From Amoebidium appalachense (lineage: Eukaryota; Protista; Ichthyosporea), in NCBI GenBank assembly GCA_963693365.1, contig CAVNZM010000001.1, positions 928,054 through 992,053 of the forward strand: DNA of 64,000 nucleotides, written 5' to 3'. A program made the translations under genes and the position numbers. Under the pieces are notes generated by a model. It was not told the DNA's origin. It saw only the letters and a list, made by a program, of their open reading frames with translations, and searched no databases. Position 1 is the first letter of the stretch; every line of letters starts with the position of its first letter. Of the stretch, positions 33,415 to 45,600 are shown one piece after another.

Positions 33415-35416
33415 ATGGCGGGCGAATTTGACGACTACCCTGTACTCTCGGACAATGAAAGCAAACTGACACGTGACACCAAGAAGCCTACCGCAGTCAA
33501 ACCGCCGCCCCCAACGCAGAAGAAAGCCAAGACTCCGGGGCAGGGCACGAAAACACTCCCCACCCCCTCCCCCTACACAGCCTCGTGCTCCCCAGAAACC
33601 GAACACGATCACAAAACCCAACACACACACGAACACAAAGGCAACTACGAAGCCCACTGGCAACGAACAAACGAAGCCCAACGAAAGCACGAAACCCAAA
33701 GACAAAACGAAGCGCAACGAACACACGAAAACCAACGAACATACGAACACCAACGAACACACGAACACCAACAAACACACGAACGAACTTCAAGTAGCAA
33801 CGAAGGAAAAAACGAAACAAGACCGGGACACTGCCACAGCTCTGGCAGAGGTGCGGGGCCGTGTTCTCTCCAAGTTCTATCGTATTGAAACTCTGAGACG
33901 TGCCATTCAAACTGCAATCGATGCTGGGCGGCCTGTGATGGACCTCGAAGCTGATGTCGCGCAGATTTACAGTGAGATTTCGCAGATGGAAGACACCACA
34001 CTGTCTAGAATGTTGTGCACGTCCGCGAAATGGTCTGAGTTGGAGCGGGAAGCACAGTTGGTGGCTGAGGCACGAGTGAAAAATACGACGGTGCCCACCA
34101 CCCCCCGTCCTCCCCCACCCACCACAGGCAAGAAGCCTTTGTCCCCGGTCCCATCTGGGTGCACTGATCCCAAGGTAATTGCACCTCCCGCACCCCCCAC
34201 TAAATTTACATATAAGGATGTGCTTGCGCGCACACTCAGCTACACTGATTCTGATGCTGAAAATGAAGAAAAACACGAACAAAGTTACGAAGACACACCC
34301 ACAAACGAAAACGAACACATGACTGCGAAAGTGCATGAAGAAGATCACTTCGACCAGCCTAAAGCACCCGTATTTAACGAAATCCCCCTTGCAGGATCCC
34401 CTCTGGCGTCTGCAGGTGGACTGGCAGGCACGCCAAGTCGCCCGAGAGGCTCTGATGTCAGCACAGGCTCAGGAGGTAAGGCTGGGTCTATATTGAACAA
34501 GCATTTTGCAGAGCACGAAAAACTGTGGTTGCACCCTCTCCGCCAGTTGCATGCATCCGAATACGGCCCCATCTTGGCTGCATTGAAACTACCAGAATAC
34601 AAGGGTGACTTGCAGGATAAATGCACGGTGATTGAATGGCTGCACGAATTTTCCCAGCAGATGTTTTGCATTGCAGGGGTCCCCCCCACACTTGCTGTTC
34701 GCTGGGCGGTGCAGTGCTTTCCTCTTGCTTCCCCCGCCCGTGTGTGGTACACGAATTTTACCAGGACACAGGGAGAACTCACGTTTGATGCATTTGCACA
34801 TGCACTAGTTACGAAATTTCACGACCAGCGTGTGCAAGAGGCACTCAGTGCCGAATTAAATGCACTCAAACAAGGCAAGCAAAAGGTGGCCGAATTTGCA
34901 AGCAGGCATGCGCGTTTGTGGGCACGTGTGTACCCCCTTAAGTCTGAGGCACACCAAATTTTGGATTTGTCTCACCGATTGGGTGGGGAAGACGAACAAG
35001 AATTTCGCAAATATCAACTCAGACAAACACGAAAAGAAGAAGAATTGACCCTGTCTGGAGTTGTTGCCTATCTCGCAGAAAAAGAAAGAGACAGGCACAC
35101 ACGAACCCCATCCACCATTCTAACACAGAAACCCCCCACAAAACAGCAACCCGGTGGTGGATCTGGTGCCAGCGAGAAGCCGTCTATTTTTTCGCGCATG
35201 GGCACCACCCCCTGCAACCGTGGGTGCAAGTACGGCAGCCACGCCGAAGGCAAGACGTGCCCGGCCCTCAAATTCGAATGCCACTCCTGCAAGCAGAAGG
35301 GGCACTTTGGGGGGTCACCAATTTGCCCCAAGTACGACCCCAACTTTAAGAAGGGAACCCGCAAGGCAGAGATTGAGGCTAATCGGGCCAAGTTCAAGAG
35401 AGCACGTGTAGAATAG
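33415..35416 (+). CDS. gag: Gypsy gag; ATG frame at 33415 shifts +1 into the main frame near the C-runs at ~33560
   Basis: Capsid-like ARVWY...LKQG motif; CHSCKQKGHFGGSPIC knuckle; ACGAAC-rich repeats in the N-terminal part. Confidence 0.8.
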
Positions 35417-38400
35417 GAAGGCGGGCAAGGGACTGGTCTCTCCCCAGTAGAACATAATGTATTTGATTTAATAGCAGAGCTGGAACTGTGTTCCCCTCTG
35501 GCAGATAAATTGCAAAATAAATCTACTGGTGCGGAAATTTCTGTTGTCTCGGAGCCCTCCCACGAATCTGCATGTGCCCCACCCCCCCACGAACAGTTAC
35601 CCCCGTGTACTGACCCCCCCATGCACACGCACACCCCGCCCCCGCGCAAAAAGAAAAATGTGCATTTTGCTGACCGTGTGCACTCCTCCATTGCAGAACC
35701 ACGGCATGAAAATGCCACTGTGTGCACATTAACCCACGAAAATAAATGCACAGCCACACTTGCGCGAATGTATGTGCATGGGAAGCTAGTCACAGTAGTT
35801 GTCGACTCTGGTGCTAGCCATAGCTGTATAAGCACAGCATTTTACGAATCTCTCCCTGTAGTGGCAAGAAAACGAATTCAGCATGTTCCTAATTTTAGTG
35901 TACTGGATGCACAAAGTAACGAAATGACATGCCAAGGAAGTATATCTCTCACTCTCGCCATTCCCAACGAATCTGCTCTAGTGGTGCACAGATGGCATGT
36001 GATTGATAATCTACCATATGATGCCTTATTAGGTGTTGATTTCATGGGGCCACAACAGGGACGAATTGATTACGGTGCTGCAGAACTTTCGTTCATGTAT
36101 GCTAAGGGAAATCGCAGGTGCAGTATTCCGGTGTGGTGGTTGCGTGGGAGTGCGGAGGAGACAGCTGTTTCTCGCGTATTAATTACCACCACAGGTATTC
36201 ACCTCCCGGTAGATGCGTCAAATATCGCAACGTGTAAAATAAAACTCGCTGCCGGCGCACCACCACCACGAACTTTAGACTGTTGTATGGGCACAGTGGT
36301 TCCATGTGGTCCACTTAATTCACGGGCTTACACAACAGCATGCAGTGTCACCAGTTTAGCTCGAATTTCGAATAACGAACCCCCCCTCTCCACTAGCGAA
36401 GAAAGTGTGATCGAGGACGAATACGAATGCAAGGTGTTGTTGACTAACACATCGGACCATCATGTGTACCTAGGCCCTGGTACGGAGGTGGCCATGTTTA
36501 TTCCCTTGCAATCAGATGACACTGTTACTCTTTTAGCACGTCCACACTCCGGTAATGGAACCAGGAGGGCGACAACCCCACACCCTGGCCATCCATTAGG
36601 TACCTCTGCTAAAACGAACTTTTCTTCGCAGGAATCAACCGAAGAACCCACCGAACACGAACCACACACTTTCCAGGCGGCTACTAATATTAACGGTAGT
36701 ATTAAGGTGTGTGAACGGAGTAAAATTATGAATATGAGTACGAAAGAGAACACCACACAGCGCAGAAGTTCCACGAAAATGAATGGTTTTGGTAATCCAG
36801 CACGAACAAAACCAGAGGTAGGGCCACCTACTATCGAAGCAGCAGATGGGGCACCATCTACCACTGCACTGGAGGATACGAATAATTTACGAAAGCGTAC
36901 GCACGAATGTACCTCCGACGGGGAAGCCGCCACAGACGACGACTTGCCTTTTGGGGTCAAACCTCCAGAAGAATACGACATGCCTGGAACTCCCCCAGAC
37001 CAACGGAAACCGTTGGCGAAACGGATACGAAAACTGCTTAAGAAATGGAAGCATGTGTTCTCTGCACACGACAACGACTTTGGTTTGAGTACCTTAGACG
37101 AACTGTCGATCGAAGTAACTACCACCATACCACAGTACCGCAGGCCCTATAACATCCCACATCACCTTCGCGATAGCCTACACAAACAAATTCAAAATTG
37201 GGTAGAGTTTGGAGTGATTGAGCCTGCGTCCAGCCCTTACTCCGCTCCGATGGTGTTGGTGGCGAAAAAGGACGGGTCTTTAAGAGTCTGCATTGATTTT
37301 AGAATGCTGAACTTGATTACGAAGAAAGACGGTTACCCTTTACCACGAATTGACATGGCTCTGGGTATGCTCAGAGGTGCCCGCGTGTTTTCCGCACTTG
37401 ATTTAAACGGTGGTTACCACCAAGTCAAAGTAGCCGATAACGACAAAGAAAAACTTGCATTTACCACCCCCTGGGGGCAGTATCAATTCGCACGCGCACC
37501 TTTTGGAGTAAGTAACATGCCTGCTGTCTTTTCAAGGATGATGAACCGTGTATTCGCTGGTATGCTGTGGACACATGTACTCATATATCTCGATGATATA
37601 TTAGTTATGTCACCCACTATCGAAGAACATTTTGGGCATTTAGATTCATGTTTTTCCCGGCTCTGTGATGCAGGATTAAAACTGAAAGGCAGAAAATGCT
37701 CTTTGTTCATGGAAGAAGTTGGCTATTTAGGCCATCGCGTATGCCCGGATGGTATTAAGGTAGACCCAGAAAAAGTGGCAGCAATAAAGAATAAAAGCTA
37801 CCCACAAAATTTATCTGAGCTACGAAGTGACCTCGGGTTATTTTCATATTATCGAATATTTGTGGACGATTTCAGCCATACGGCTGAACCACTCACGCGA
37901 ATGCTGGGCACCTCGAAGGAGGATTCAGAATTACTAAAACGAATTCACGCAAAAATGCCCCCCTCTACGAAACCCGCCAAACGCAACGGCAGCGCAAAAC
38001 AACGAAAAGACGAAGCAAAAAATTTGCACGCCGATTCTGCAGCTATTTTGGCCACGAAAAAGAAAGCACAGAAAAATGCTGCATGGGTGTGGGGTACGGA
38101 ACAGGAGAAAGCATACGATACCCTTAAGAATGCGTTAATTAATGCACCTGTGCTTGCTCACCCCGATTTCACCAAACCTTTTATTGTTGACTCAGATGCT
38201 TCACAGTATGCTCTGGGCGCAGTGATTTCGCAGGTAGGTGATGACGGCAAAGAACGACCCATAGCTTATGCTAGCAGAACACTCTCTAAGAGTGAACGAA
38301 ATTATGCGGCGAATAAAAGGGAAGCCTTAGGTGTGTATTGGGCTGTGTGCAAAGCATTTCGCGCTTACACCTATGGGGCTCCTTTCTTGTTACGAACCGA

Positions 38401-40321
38401 CCACTCCAGCTTGACGCGCATTCTGTCTACCGGCGATGCACCGGAACCTGTTGTTGCAGGCTGGCAAATGGCGCTTTCCGCATACACATACGAAATTCAG
38501 CACAGGGCGGGCAAACACCACAGCAATGCTGATGGACTCTCTCGGCCATCTAAAGAAAATGCGCAACCAGGACCCGAAGATACTGAGCTGACATACCCCT
38601 CACTGATCGGCACAGTCTCGGGCTCGTCCACGGTGTTTGCGGTAACACGCTCCGCCGCAGCGACAGCGCAGGCACAAGCTGCCACCCACCCACCCCCAGC
38701 TGAACCCACGAAACCTAATACCACGCCGCCAGAATTTATTCCCCCAAAAGCGGATGGACGAATGCCCACCTATGAACAGTATGTGTCAGCACAGAAGGCT
38801 GATAAACACATTGCGAAAGTCAGGGCCTACCTGGAAAAAGCACCGGGCTACGAATTATTTGGCAACGAAATCGCGATGGAAGCTAGTCGCTGCACCATAG
38901 ACAATGACCTTGTGTATGTGTGGGTCCTAGAACAGCGTGGCCCCCGCAAACCCAGCAAGGAACCACGAATTTGGGTGCCGTCTACGCTTGTGCGCCTCGT
39001 TTTGGCCGCATGTCACGACGCCCCAACCGCAGGTCACCTCGACGCAGCACGCACCTTCCACCGTGTTACCCAGATAGCATGGTGGCCACGTGTATGGCAA
39101 GACTCGGTGCAGTGGGTAACCACATGCAAAGCCTGTCAATACCGGAAGACACCCCGAATGCAAAAGAAACTACGAATTCACGATGGTTTTATCCCCACCT
39201 ATCCCTTTCAATACGTGTCTATGGACATTACTGAGATGCCTACGAAATCTGATCTCAGTGTTTCCCTGTTGGTGTTTCTCGACCTCTTCACTCGCTGGCC
39301 GGAAGTGATTTTATTTCACAAAACACCCACAGCCGAAGATGTGGCAAAGGCATTCGAAGACTCCATCTACTGCCGTCACGGTCGTCCGGAATTTTTAGTA
39401 TCAGACAACGGCGCGAATTTGGCAGCTATGTTGGTCACAGATGTCTGTCGAGTGTTGGCTACAAAACGAATTTTTGCAAGTCCCTACAGCCCCCAGACCA
39501 ATGGTGCCGTAGAGCGATTCAATCGCACACTTAAGAATATTCTTGCCACTCTCGTGCAGGATAAACACCACGAATGGATTGACTACTTACCGCAAGTACT
39601 GTTTTCCTACCGCACCGCCTACCACTCTTCCTTGGGGGACACGCCATTCTTCATGCTTTATGGCAGAGATCCGGTCGAGCCCCCCCGCCCCCCAATTGCG
39701 GCTTCATGTGGGATGGAGACGGAGGAATACCGTCGAGAACTACTGCAACGAGTGCAGTATGCCCGGCAAACAGTCACACGAATTATGTCTGAAGCTGCCC
39801 GTCGTAGTAAAATCACGGCTAACAAAAATGCTCGTGAACCCACAGAACTCGAGGGTCTGGTGTTGAAAGCAGTCACAGACTCCACCACCGACCACAGTCT
39901 ACCCACGGCACTCAGACCTAAATGGGAAGGTCCGTATCGCGTCCTGCGGCGCGTTACCGACGCCCCCATGTCTTACGAAATTCAGCGGGTTGGGTCAACG
40001 GACACCGTTCGAGCACACGCACGTCACTTGAAGCCGTATTTTCCCCGTGACGACGTTGATATGACGCCAGCCGACTCTGGTCCGCAAGATTCACCCACCC
40101 CCACCTTCGAAGTGGCAAGAATTATTGCCCACAAGTACGACTCGGCAACTGCCCAAGCCCTTTACAAAGTTCATTGGAAAGGGTACACGGCTAAGAACGA
40201 CACCTGGGAACCTCACTCCGGCCTGCAAGACACAGCCGCAGGAGCACTCACAGACTACCTAGGTACTTTGGTGGCCGGCCCTGCCAGCCAGCCCGCACGA
40301 AAGAAGCGCCGACGTCGCTAA
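35417..40321 (+). CDS. pol: Gypsy pol: protease, RT, RNase H, integrase, chromodomain; in frame with gag
   Basis: VDSGA; YLDD; DSDAS; HDAPTAGH...CKAC; SMD...SDNG...VER; GPY; FEVARII...YKVHWKGY...TWEP; RKKRRRR. Confidence 0.93.
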   Translation, partial: EGGQGTGLSPVEHNVFDLIAELELCSPLADKLQNKSTGAEISVVSEPSHESACAPPPHEQLPPCTDPPMHTHTPPPRKKKNVHFADRVHSSIAEPRHENATVCTLTHENKCTATLARMYVHGKLVTVVVDSGASHSCISTAFYESLPVVARKRIQHVPNFSVLDAQSNEMTCQGSISLTLAIPNESALVVHRWHVIDNLPYDALLGVDFMGPQQGRIDYGAAELSFMYAKGNRRCSIPVWWLRGSAEETAVSRVLITTTGIHLPVDASNIATCKIKLAAGAPPPRTLDCCMGTVVPCGPLNSRAYTTACSVTSLARISNNEPPLSTSEESVIEDEYECKVLLTNTSDHHVYLGPGTEVAMFIPLQSDDTVTLLARPHSGNGTRRATTPHPGHPLGTSAKTNFSSQESTEEPTEHEPHTFQAATNINGSIKVCERSKIMNMSTKENTTQRRSSTKMNGFGNPARTKPEVGPPTIEAADGAPSTTALEDTNNLRKRTHECTSDGEAATDDDLPFGVKPPEEYDMPGTPPDQRKPLAKRIRKLLKKWKHVFSAHDNDFGLSTLDELSIEVTTTIPQYRRPYNIPHHLRDSLHKQIQNWVEFGVIEPASSPYSAPMVLVAKKDGSLRVCIDFRMLNLITKKDGYPLPRIDMALGMLRGARVFSALDLNGGYHQVKVADNDKEKLAFTTPWGQYQFARAPFGVSNMPAVFSRMMNRVFAGMLWTHVLIYLDDILVMSPTIEEHFGHLDSCFSRLCDAGLKLKGRKCSLFMEEVGYLGHRVCPDGIKVDPEKVAAIKNKSYPQNLSELRSDLGLFSYYRIFVDDFSHTAEPLTRMLGTSKEDSELLKRIHAKMPPSTKPAKRNGSAKQRKDEAKNLHADSAAILATKKKAQKNAAWVWGTEQEKAYDTLKNALINAPVLAHPDFTKPFIVDSDASQYALGAVISQVGDDGKERPIAYASRTLSKSERNYAANKREALGVYWAVCKAFRAYTYGAPFLLRTDHSSLTRILSTGDAPEPVVAGWQMALSAYTYEIQHRAGKHHSNADGLSRPSKENAQPGPEDTELTYPSLIGTVSGSSTVFAVTRSAAATAQAQAATHPPPAEPTKPNTTPPEFIPPKADGRMPTYEQYVSAQKADKHIAKVRAYLEKAPGYELFGNEIAMEASRCTIDNDLVYVWVLEQRGPRKPSKEPRIWVPSTLVRLVLAACHDAPTAGHLDAARTFHRVTQIAWWPRVWQDSVQWVTTCKACQYRKTPRMQKKLRIHDGFIPTYPFQYVSMDITEMPTKSDLSVSLLVFLDLFTRWPEVILFHKTPTAEDVAKAFEDSIYCRHGRPEFLVSDNGANLAAMLVTDVCRVLATKRIFASPYSPQTNGAVERFNRTLKNILATLVQDKHHEWIDYLPQVLFSYRTAYHSSLGDTPFFMLYGRDPVEPPRPPIAASCGMETEEYRRELLQRVQYARQTVTRIMSEAARRSKITANKNAREPTELEGLVLKAVTDSTTDHSLPTALRPKWEGPYRVLRRVTDAPMSYEIQRVGSTDTVRAHARHLKPYFPRDDVDMTPADSGPQDSPTPTFEVARIIAHKYDSATAQALYKVHWKGYTAKNDTWEPHSGLQDTAAGALTDYLGTLVAGPASQPARKKRRRR

Positions 40322-42647
40322 CTTCCCTCAGCCTGGTGGTTTACCGTCTCCAGACCATACCACCAGGCTCCCGAGAAGGGGGGGAGTGTAAACATCTGTA
40401 CACGCCGTACATGTTTACTATTACGAATATACTGTACATATCATAGTGATCACGTAGATATTGTGTACATATGATCAGATCAATATCACACGCGACAGCC
40501 GCGGGCTGCGGCTCACGACTGAGCCGCGGCGCCGGCAATATGCAGTGGCCGTGCAGTCAGTATGAACCAATAGAATTCGAGAACCGCTAGGATAGGAATG
40601 CAAGTCTCATCCACTACGGAGGCGACATCTATAGCTAAACGAACGGAACCAATAAGGAAATCAGACCCAGTTGCATAAACCTAAACGGGCTTAAGTATTG
40701 ACCAATCATTTGCCACAAAGTTATCCTTTTAGTTAGCTTCATGTTATTGGTGCACTGTGTGCACATAAAGACGACCGCACTCTTCTGACTGGTCAGAAGT
40801 CACGAAGGCATCAATGCCACCCATCCAGATGATCCGGAACCTGGGGGCTATATAAACAAGCCGTCCCAGTACGGGGGATCACTCTGAACGAGCACATTAA
40901 ATAGTAACCTGGCCGCGTGTGCCTTACTACCCGTTCTCTGTCTTTATTCTGATTCAGTTGTTCTCTGCCTTATCCCAACTAGTTCAACTGTTTACAGTAC
41001 CAGCCGTGACCCCCGCAGCTCCACCACCAGCATGGCTTTGACTGCCCGTGCTCCCCCCCGAGATCTTCCTCGCCGTGACTTACGCCACCGCATCAACAAA
41101 CCACCCAGTGCTGATCTCCGTACTCATTTCCCCCGTCAGCACACCCGTTCCCGTTCACCCCACCGGCCTACCTTCCGGTCCACGTCCCGTTCCCCGAGCC
41201 GTTCCCGTTTCCCTGACCCCCGCCGTTCCGTTCACCCGGCTCGTTCCAACACCCCGGCCAACTTGTTAAATTATAGAAGTATTTGGGATGAAAGCAGAGA
41301 CACAGTGGCGCAGTGTAAAAACACCACAGACACGCACAACAACAAAACACGGAACGATCGGAGCAGTGTACACAACAGACATCAATGTTTAGACACGACT
41401 GAGCTGAATTTATTCTGATCTTCGAATAAATACCTGAAATTCCTCTAAGTCCAATCCATACATGATTTCCGACCAGTCGGAACTCAGATCTATCTCTAAT
41501 AGAAACCAATCACTAAGAACCAATTGCTTTCAGAGAGATCCGGTACGCGGAGACGTACACGATAGGACACAGACACTAGTTAAGATCAACTCGTGTCATC
41601 ATCAAGGAAGTTCTAACCTATGACATACTGCAAAGACTCAGACATATCACACTTAACCTTGATGATTGGTTAAAGCCCGGCAACACATGAAAACTAAAGT
41701 GAATTAATGAAGTCTAAACACACATGCTATTCTAAGTGTAGCCTAAGTGTGTTACCGTCCAATGAACACGTATTAAGTAACACAAATCTACCTAACATAT
41801 ATTAGTAGAAAAGAAATACGATTATACACATGAAGACAAGGAGAGAAAGAAAAGAAAATAAGGAAGGAGAAAGAGAAAGGAAAAGAGAGCACAGATCAAC
41901 AAACAAGATAGTAACAGCATAACTATAACCAGAGATATTTATGTACACACGAACATGTACACGTCTCTCCCTGAGTGGGTGGATCCGTGTACACACATAT
42001 AAATATTCTAATCGATATTACAACACACGCTTAAAGCCGATACAACACGATTACAAGTATACAAGCATATCGGAGATCGATGCTACACTTTACATAATGT
42101 GGAGTGTGGCATATACACTAAGCATATGAACTGAAACATAACACAGACTGAGAAGATCTTACCATATGTAAATACTACGTATTACAACAGTAAATACTAC
42201 GTATTACAACATCCCCACTTAAGACTTTGAAGTTTGTGTTATCATATCCCCACTGAACTAGTGAAATCTCCCCACTTGAGAACAGAAACGAAAAAAAAAA
42301 TAAAAAAAATTAAAGTGTGTACTTTTCCCGGGGGGGGGGGGGGGGGGGGGGGAAGGGGGGGGGGGGGGGGGGGGGGAGGGGGGGGGGGGGGGGGGGGAAG
42401 GGGGGGGGGGGGAGGGGGGGGGGGGGAGGGAACCGGGGCAAAAACAACGAATATGTATAACGTATATAGTCGGGGTTTGATTAACTGGGTTTTAAACCAG
42501 TGAAAGATAGAGTAGAGTCGCGGTACAGGTCAAACCTTATATAAAAACCCTAAGTGGGCATACCCACAAAGGCAATATACATATGAAATAATGATTATGG
42601 TAAAGTGAGTAGTAAACATGAGAAAATCACTCTTGAAGTAGGACGTG

Positions 42648-45600
42648 TTAATCGACAATATCCGGCAAACAAAGTCGGGCACGATGGGTGGCATGACTCG
42701 GGCCGGGGAGGGGTTTGGTGAGGATGTCAGCTAAGTTGTGGGCTGACTCGACGTAGTGGACAACCACATCCCCACTTGCAATGTAGTCCTTGGTGTTGTG
42801 ATACCGGACGGCAATGTGTTTGGTACGGTGCTTGATGCCGGTGGAGTTGACGATGGCAATGGTCGACTGGTTGTCACAGTACACCGGAGTCGGAGCAAGC
42901 ATGGGGCAGCCGAGTTCCTTGAAGAGGTCACGGACCCAGGCAACTTCTTGGGTGCCAGCTTTGAGAGCAATCAGCTCAGCTTCAGTGGTGCTGGTGGCCG
43001 TGATGGGCTGGAGCTTGGAGTACCAGATGATGGGCATACCAGCAAACTCGATGATGTAGCCGGTGGTAGACTTCTTGCTGTCGGCACAACCAGCAAAGTC
43101 AGCATCCGTGTAGCATTCGAGTATGGGGGGCTGGGTGGCCGAGTACTTGTAGTCAATGCCAAGGTCAATGGTGCCGAGCAGGTACCGGGCCACACGACGG
43201 AGAAGGTCCCAGTGAGTCTTGCCGGGGTTGGTGCTGAACCGACCAAGGAAGCCGATGGCATAGGCAATGTCGGGACGTGTGCATCGGGCCTCCCAGAGGA
43301 GACGGCCGAGTAACTCACGGTAGGGCACGGTGAACGGTTGGGGGGGGCAATCAGCCAGGGAGACGGTGGTGCCTGCAGGGATGGGGGTAGACTTGGACTT
43401 GGCATCGGTGAGGTTGAAGTCGTGGATGATATCCATGATGTAAGACCTCTGGTGCATGTGGAGGTGATGGGGATCAGAGTGATTAAAAGCAACACCGAGC
43501 ATACGGTCAAATGGACTCATACGACAGCTGGCCATCTTGCTGATGTGGGCAGCCAGGTCACTGGCAGCAGTAGAACCCCGGGTGTTGGTGATGGTGGAGT
43601 CGTCGGCGTAGTTACCAGCCCGAACCACATCGTTGTTGGGGAAGAACCGGAGGTAGATGCACGTGTCAGTCTTAGTACGGGTCAGGCCATGGGCAAGAAG
43701 AATGCCGTCGAGGAAGTCGTACCAAGCCTTGGAGGCTTGCTTGAGGCCGTACAGGGCTTTCTTGAGTCTCCAGACCTTGCCAAGTGTGGCCATGGTGATG
43801 AATCCCGGGGGTTGTTTCATGTAGATGGTCTCGGTGAGTGGGCTGTTGAGAAAGGCCGTAGACACGTCGAGTTGATGGATGTCATGACCTTCAACAACGG
43901 CCAGAGCTAGGATAGCACGGAGAGCAGCCGGACGGATGACAGGGCTCTCAATCAACTCATAGTCAACACCGTATTGCTGACTGAAGCCTTGAGCAACACC
44001 ACGGGCCTTGATCTTGGTGTCACCAGCCGAGTTGAGAGTTTTCTCGGAGACAATCCACTTGAAGCCGACGATGTTAGCACCAAGGGGAGGGTCAACAAGT
44101 TCAAAGATGTCTTTGTCGACGAAGGATTGATACTCAGCAGTGAGGGCTGACTTGACCTGGTCACCATTGGGTCCGGAACACAGTTGACGGTCAAGTTTGG
44201 GTAGTTGGTCGATGTTGATGGGGGGACCGGGGGAGACTGGCAGGGTGGTGGTGGCTTGAAGTCCAACCTTGCCCTGTAGACGGGCAGAACGACGGGGTGC
44301 AGGGACCGGGGGAGGTGGAGACGGGGGGGGGGGGGGGAACCTGGAAGTTCGGAATTGCAGGGGGGGGCAACCTCCGGGCTGGACGGGGCCGAGTGGAAGT
44401 TGTCGGGGGAGCCGGGTCGGATGGGTGTGACGTTGCCAGGGGCAGGATGACGGTCGGCAGGCTGGACGGGCACGGGGGCAGGGGGGCCTGGGGGGGGGGG
44501 GGGTGTCGGGGGAAGACGATGGCAGGGGGGGGGGCCAGAGTACACCAGACAAACATCATCTTCAGTGTCAACTGTGGGGGGTGGGGTGGTCGAGGTGGCA
44601 GTGGTGTCGGGGGTGGAAGTGTTGATGGAATGTCGGAGGGAGATAGGCTGATTCGTGAAAATCACATCACGGAAGAGGCCGACATTCGGTGGGTGGTGGG
44701 GTTGAAGATCCGGTGGCAGTGTGATTGAAGATCATAGCCGATATACATGCCGAGTTTGACGGTGGGGGCCAGCTTGTTCCGTTTGAGGCTGGCACATGAG
44801 TGTAGGCAGGGCACCGAACCTTTAGCTCGGAGATGTCGGGCGACACCGTAGAAAACCTCGAATGGTTACGACCATGCAGAGTGGAGGGGACGATGATGTA
44901 GGCGGCATGTTGGAGGGCCCAGCCCACAGTTTGGGGGAAGAAGATCTTGTTGATGGAGGAGGCCGAACAATCTCTGGAGGAACCGCATCGACGTCAACAA
45001 GCCGTTCAGTTGAGGGCAGTCCACCGGAGCATCTGCCTTGATGCCCTGGGAGAGGCAAAAAGCACGGGTAGCCTGGGAGGTGAACTCAGAGCCGGAGTCG
45101 AAGTGGTAGACACCAACTTTGTAGGGGGCATGGGTAGCAACGAGGTTGGTGTGAGCTGTGAGAATGTCCAGGGTGGTTGTACGGTCGGCCATCGGGTAGA
45201 TCTTGACGAGTCCAGAGGCACGGCAGACAGTGACGAGAGCAACCTTGGAACCTCCGTACGATGTTGTGGTAGGCTCAAAAAAATCCCAATGCCATTCATG
45301 ACCGGGGATGTTGATCGGAGTGAGGACGGTCACCCTTGAACGGAGCCTTGGTTTTTACCCATAATGCAGCCATGACAATCAGGAACATCACAGTCGAGGA
45401 AGAAGATGGGAGACCAATAACAAGGTCGTGTTTCACCATGTCCTTGATCTGGTCATAGCACGGTGCCCCAGACGATGGTGCCAGATGGATGGGTTAACAC
45501 TGGTAGTGGCAGCCAGAGCCACAGGACGAGTGGGTGGTTGGATGGTGTAGTCCTTGAAGTAATACAGACCTTTGTAGACGGAGAGAATGACGGCCGGTGA

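Larger units (their letters stand above)
32753..40996 (+). mobile_element. Full-length chromodomain-bearing Ty3/gypsy element, TSD GTACC
   Basis: 610-bp LTRs (32753-33362, 40387-40996) with TGTAAACA/TGTTTACA ends, one difference seen; PBS TGGCGACCGCG (tRNA-Arg-like); PPT GAGAAGGGGGGGAG. Confidence 0.95.

Noticed and set aside
33600-33830. ACGAAC-rich repeats as a CRISPR-like array
   Set aside because: Short degenerate coding repeats inside gypsy gag; no constant repeat-spacer structure and no cas genes.
33415-33888. Separate upstream ORF in the gypsy element
   Set aside because: More simply the gag N-terminus offset by an indel in C-runs near 33560; cannot be resolved without reads.
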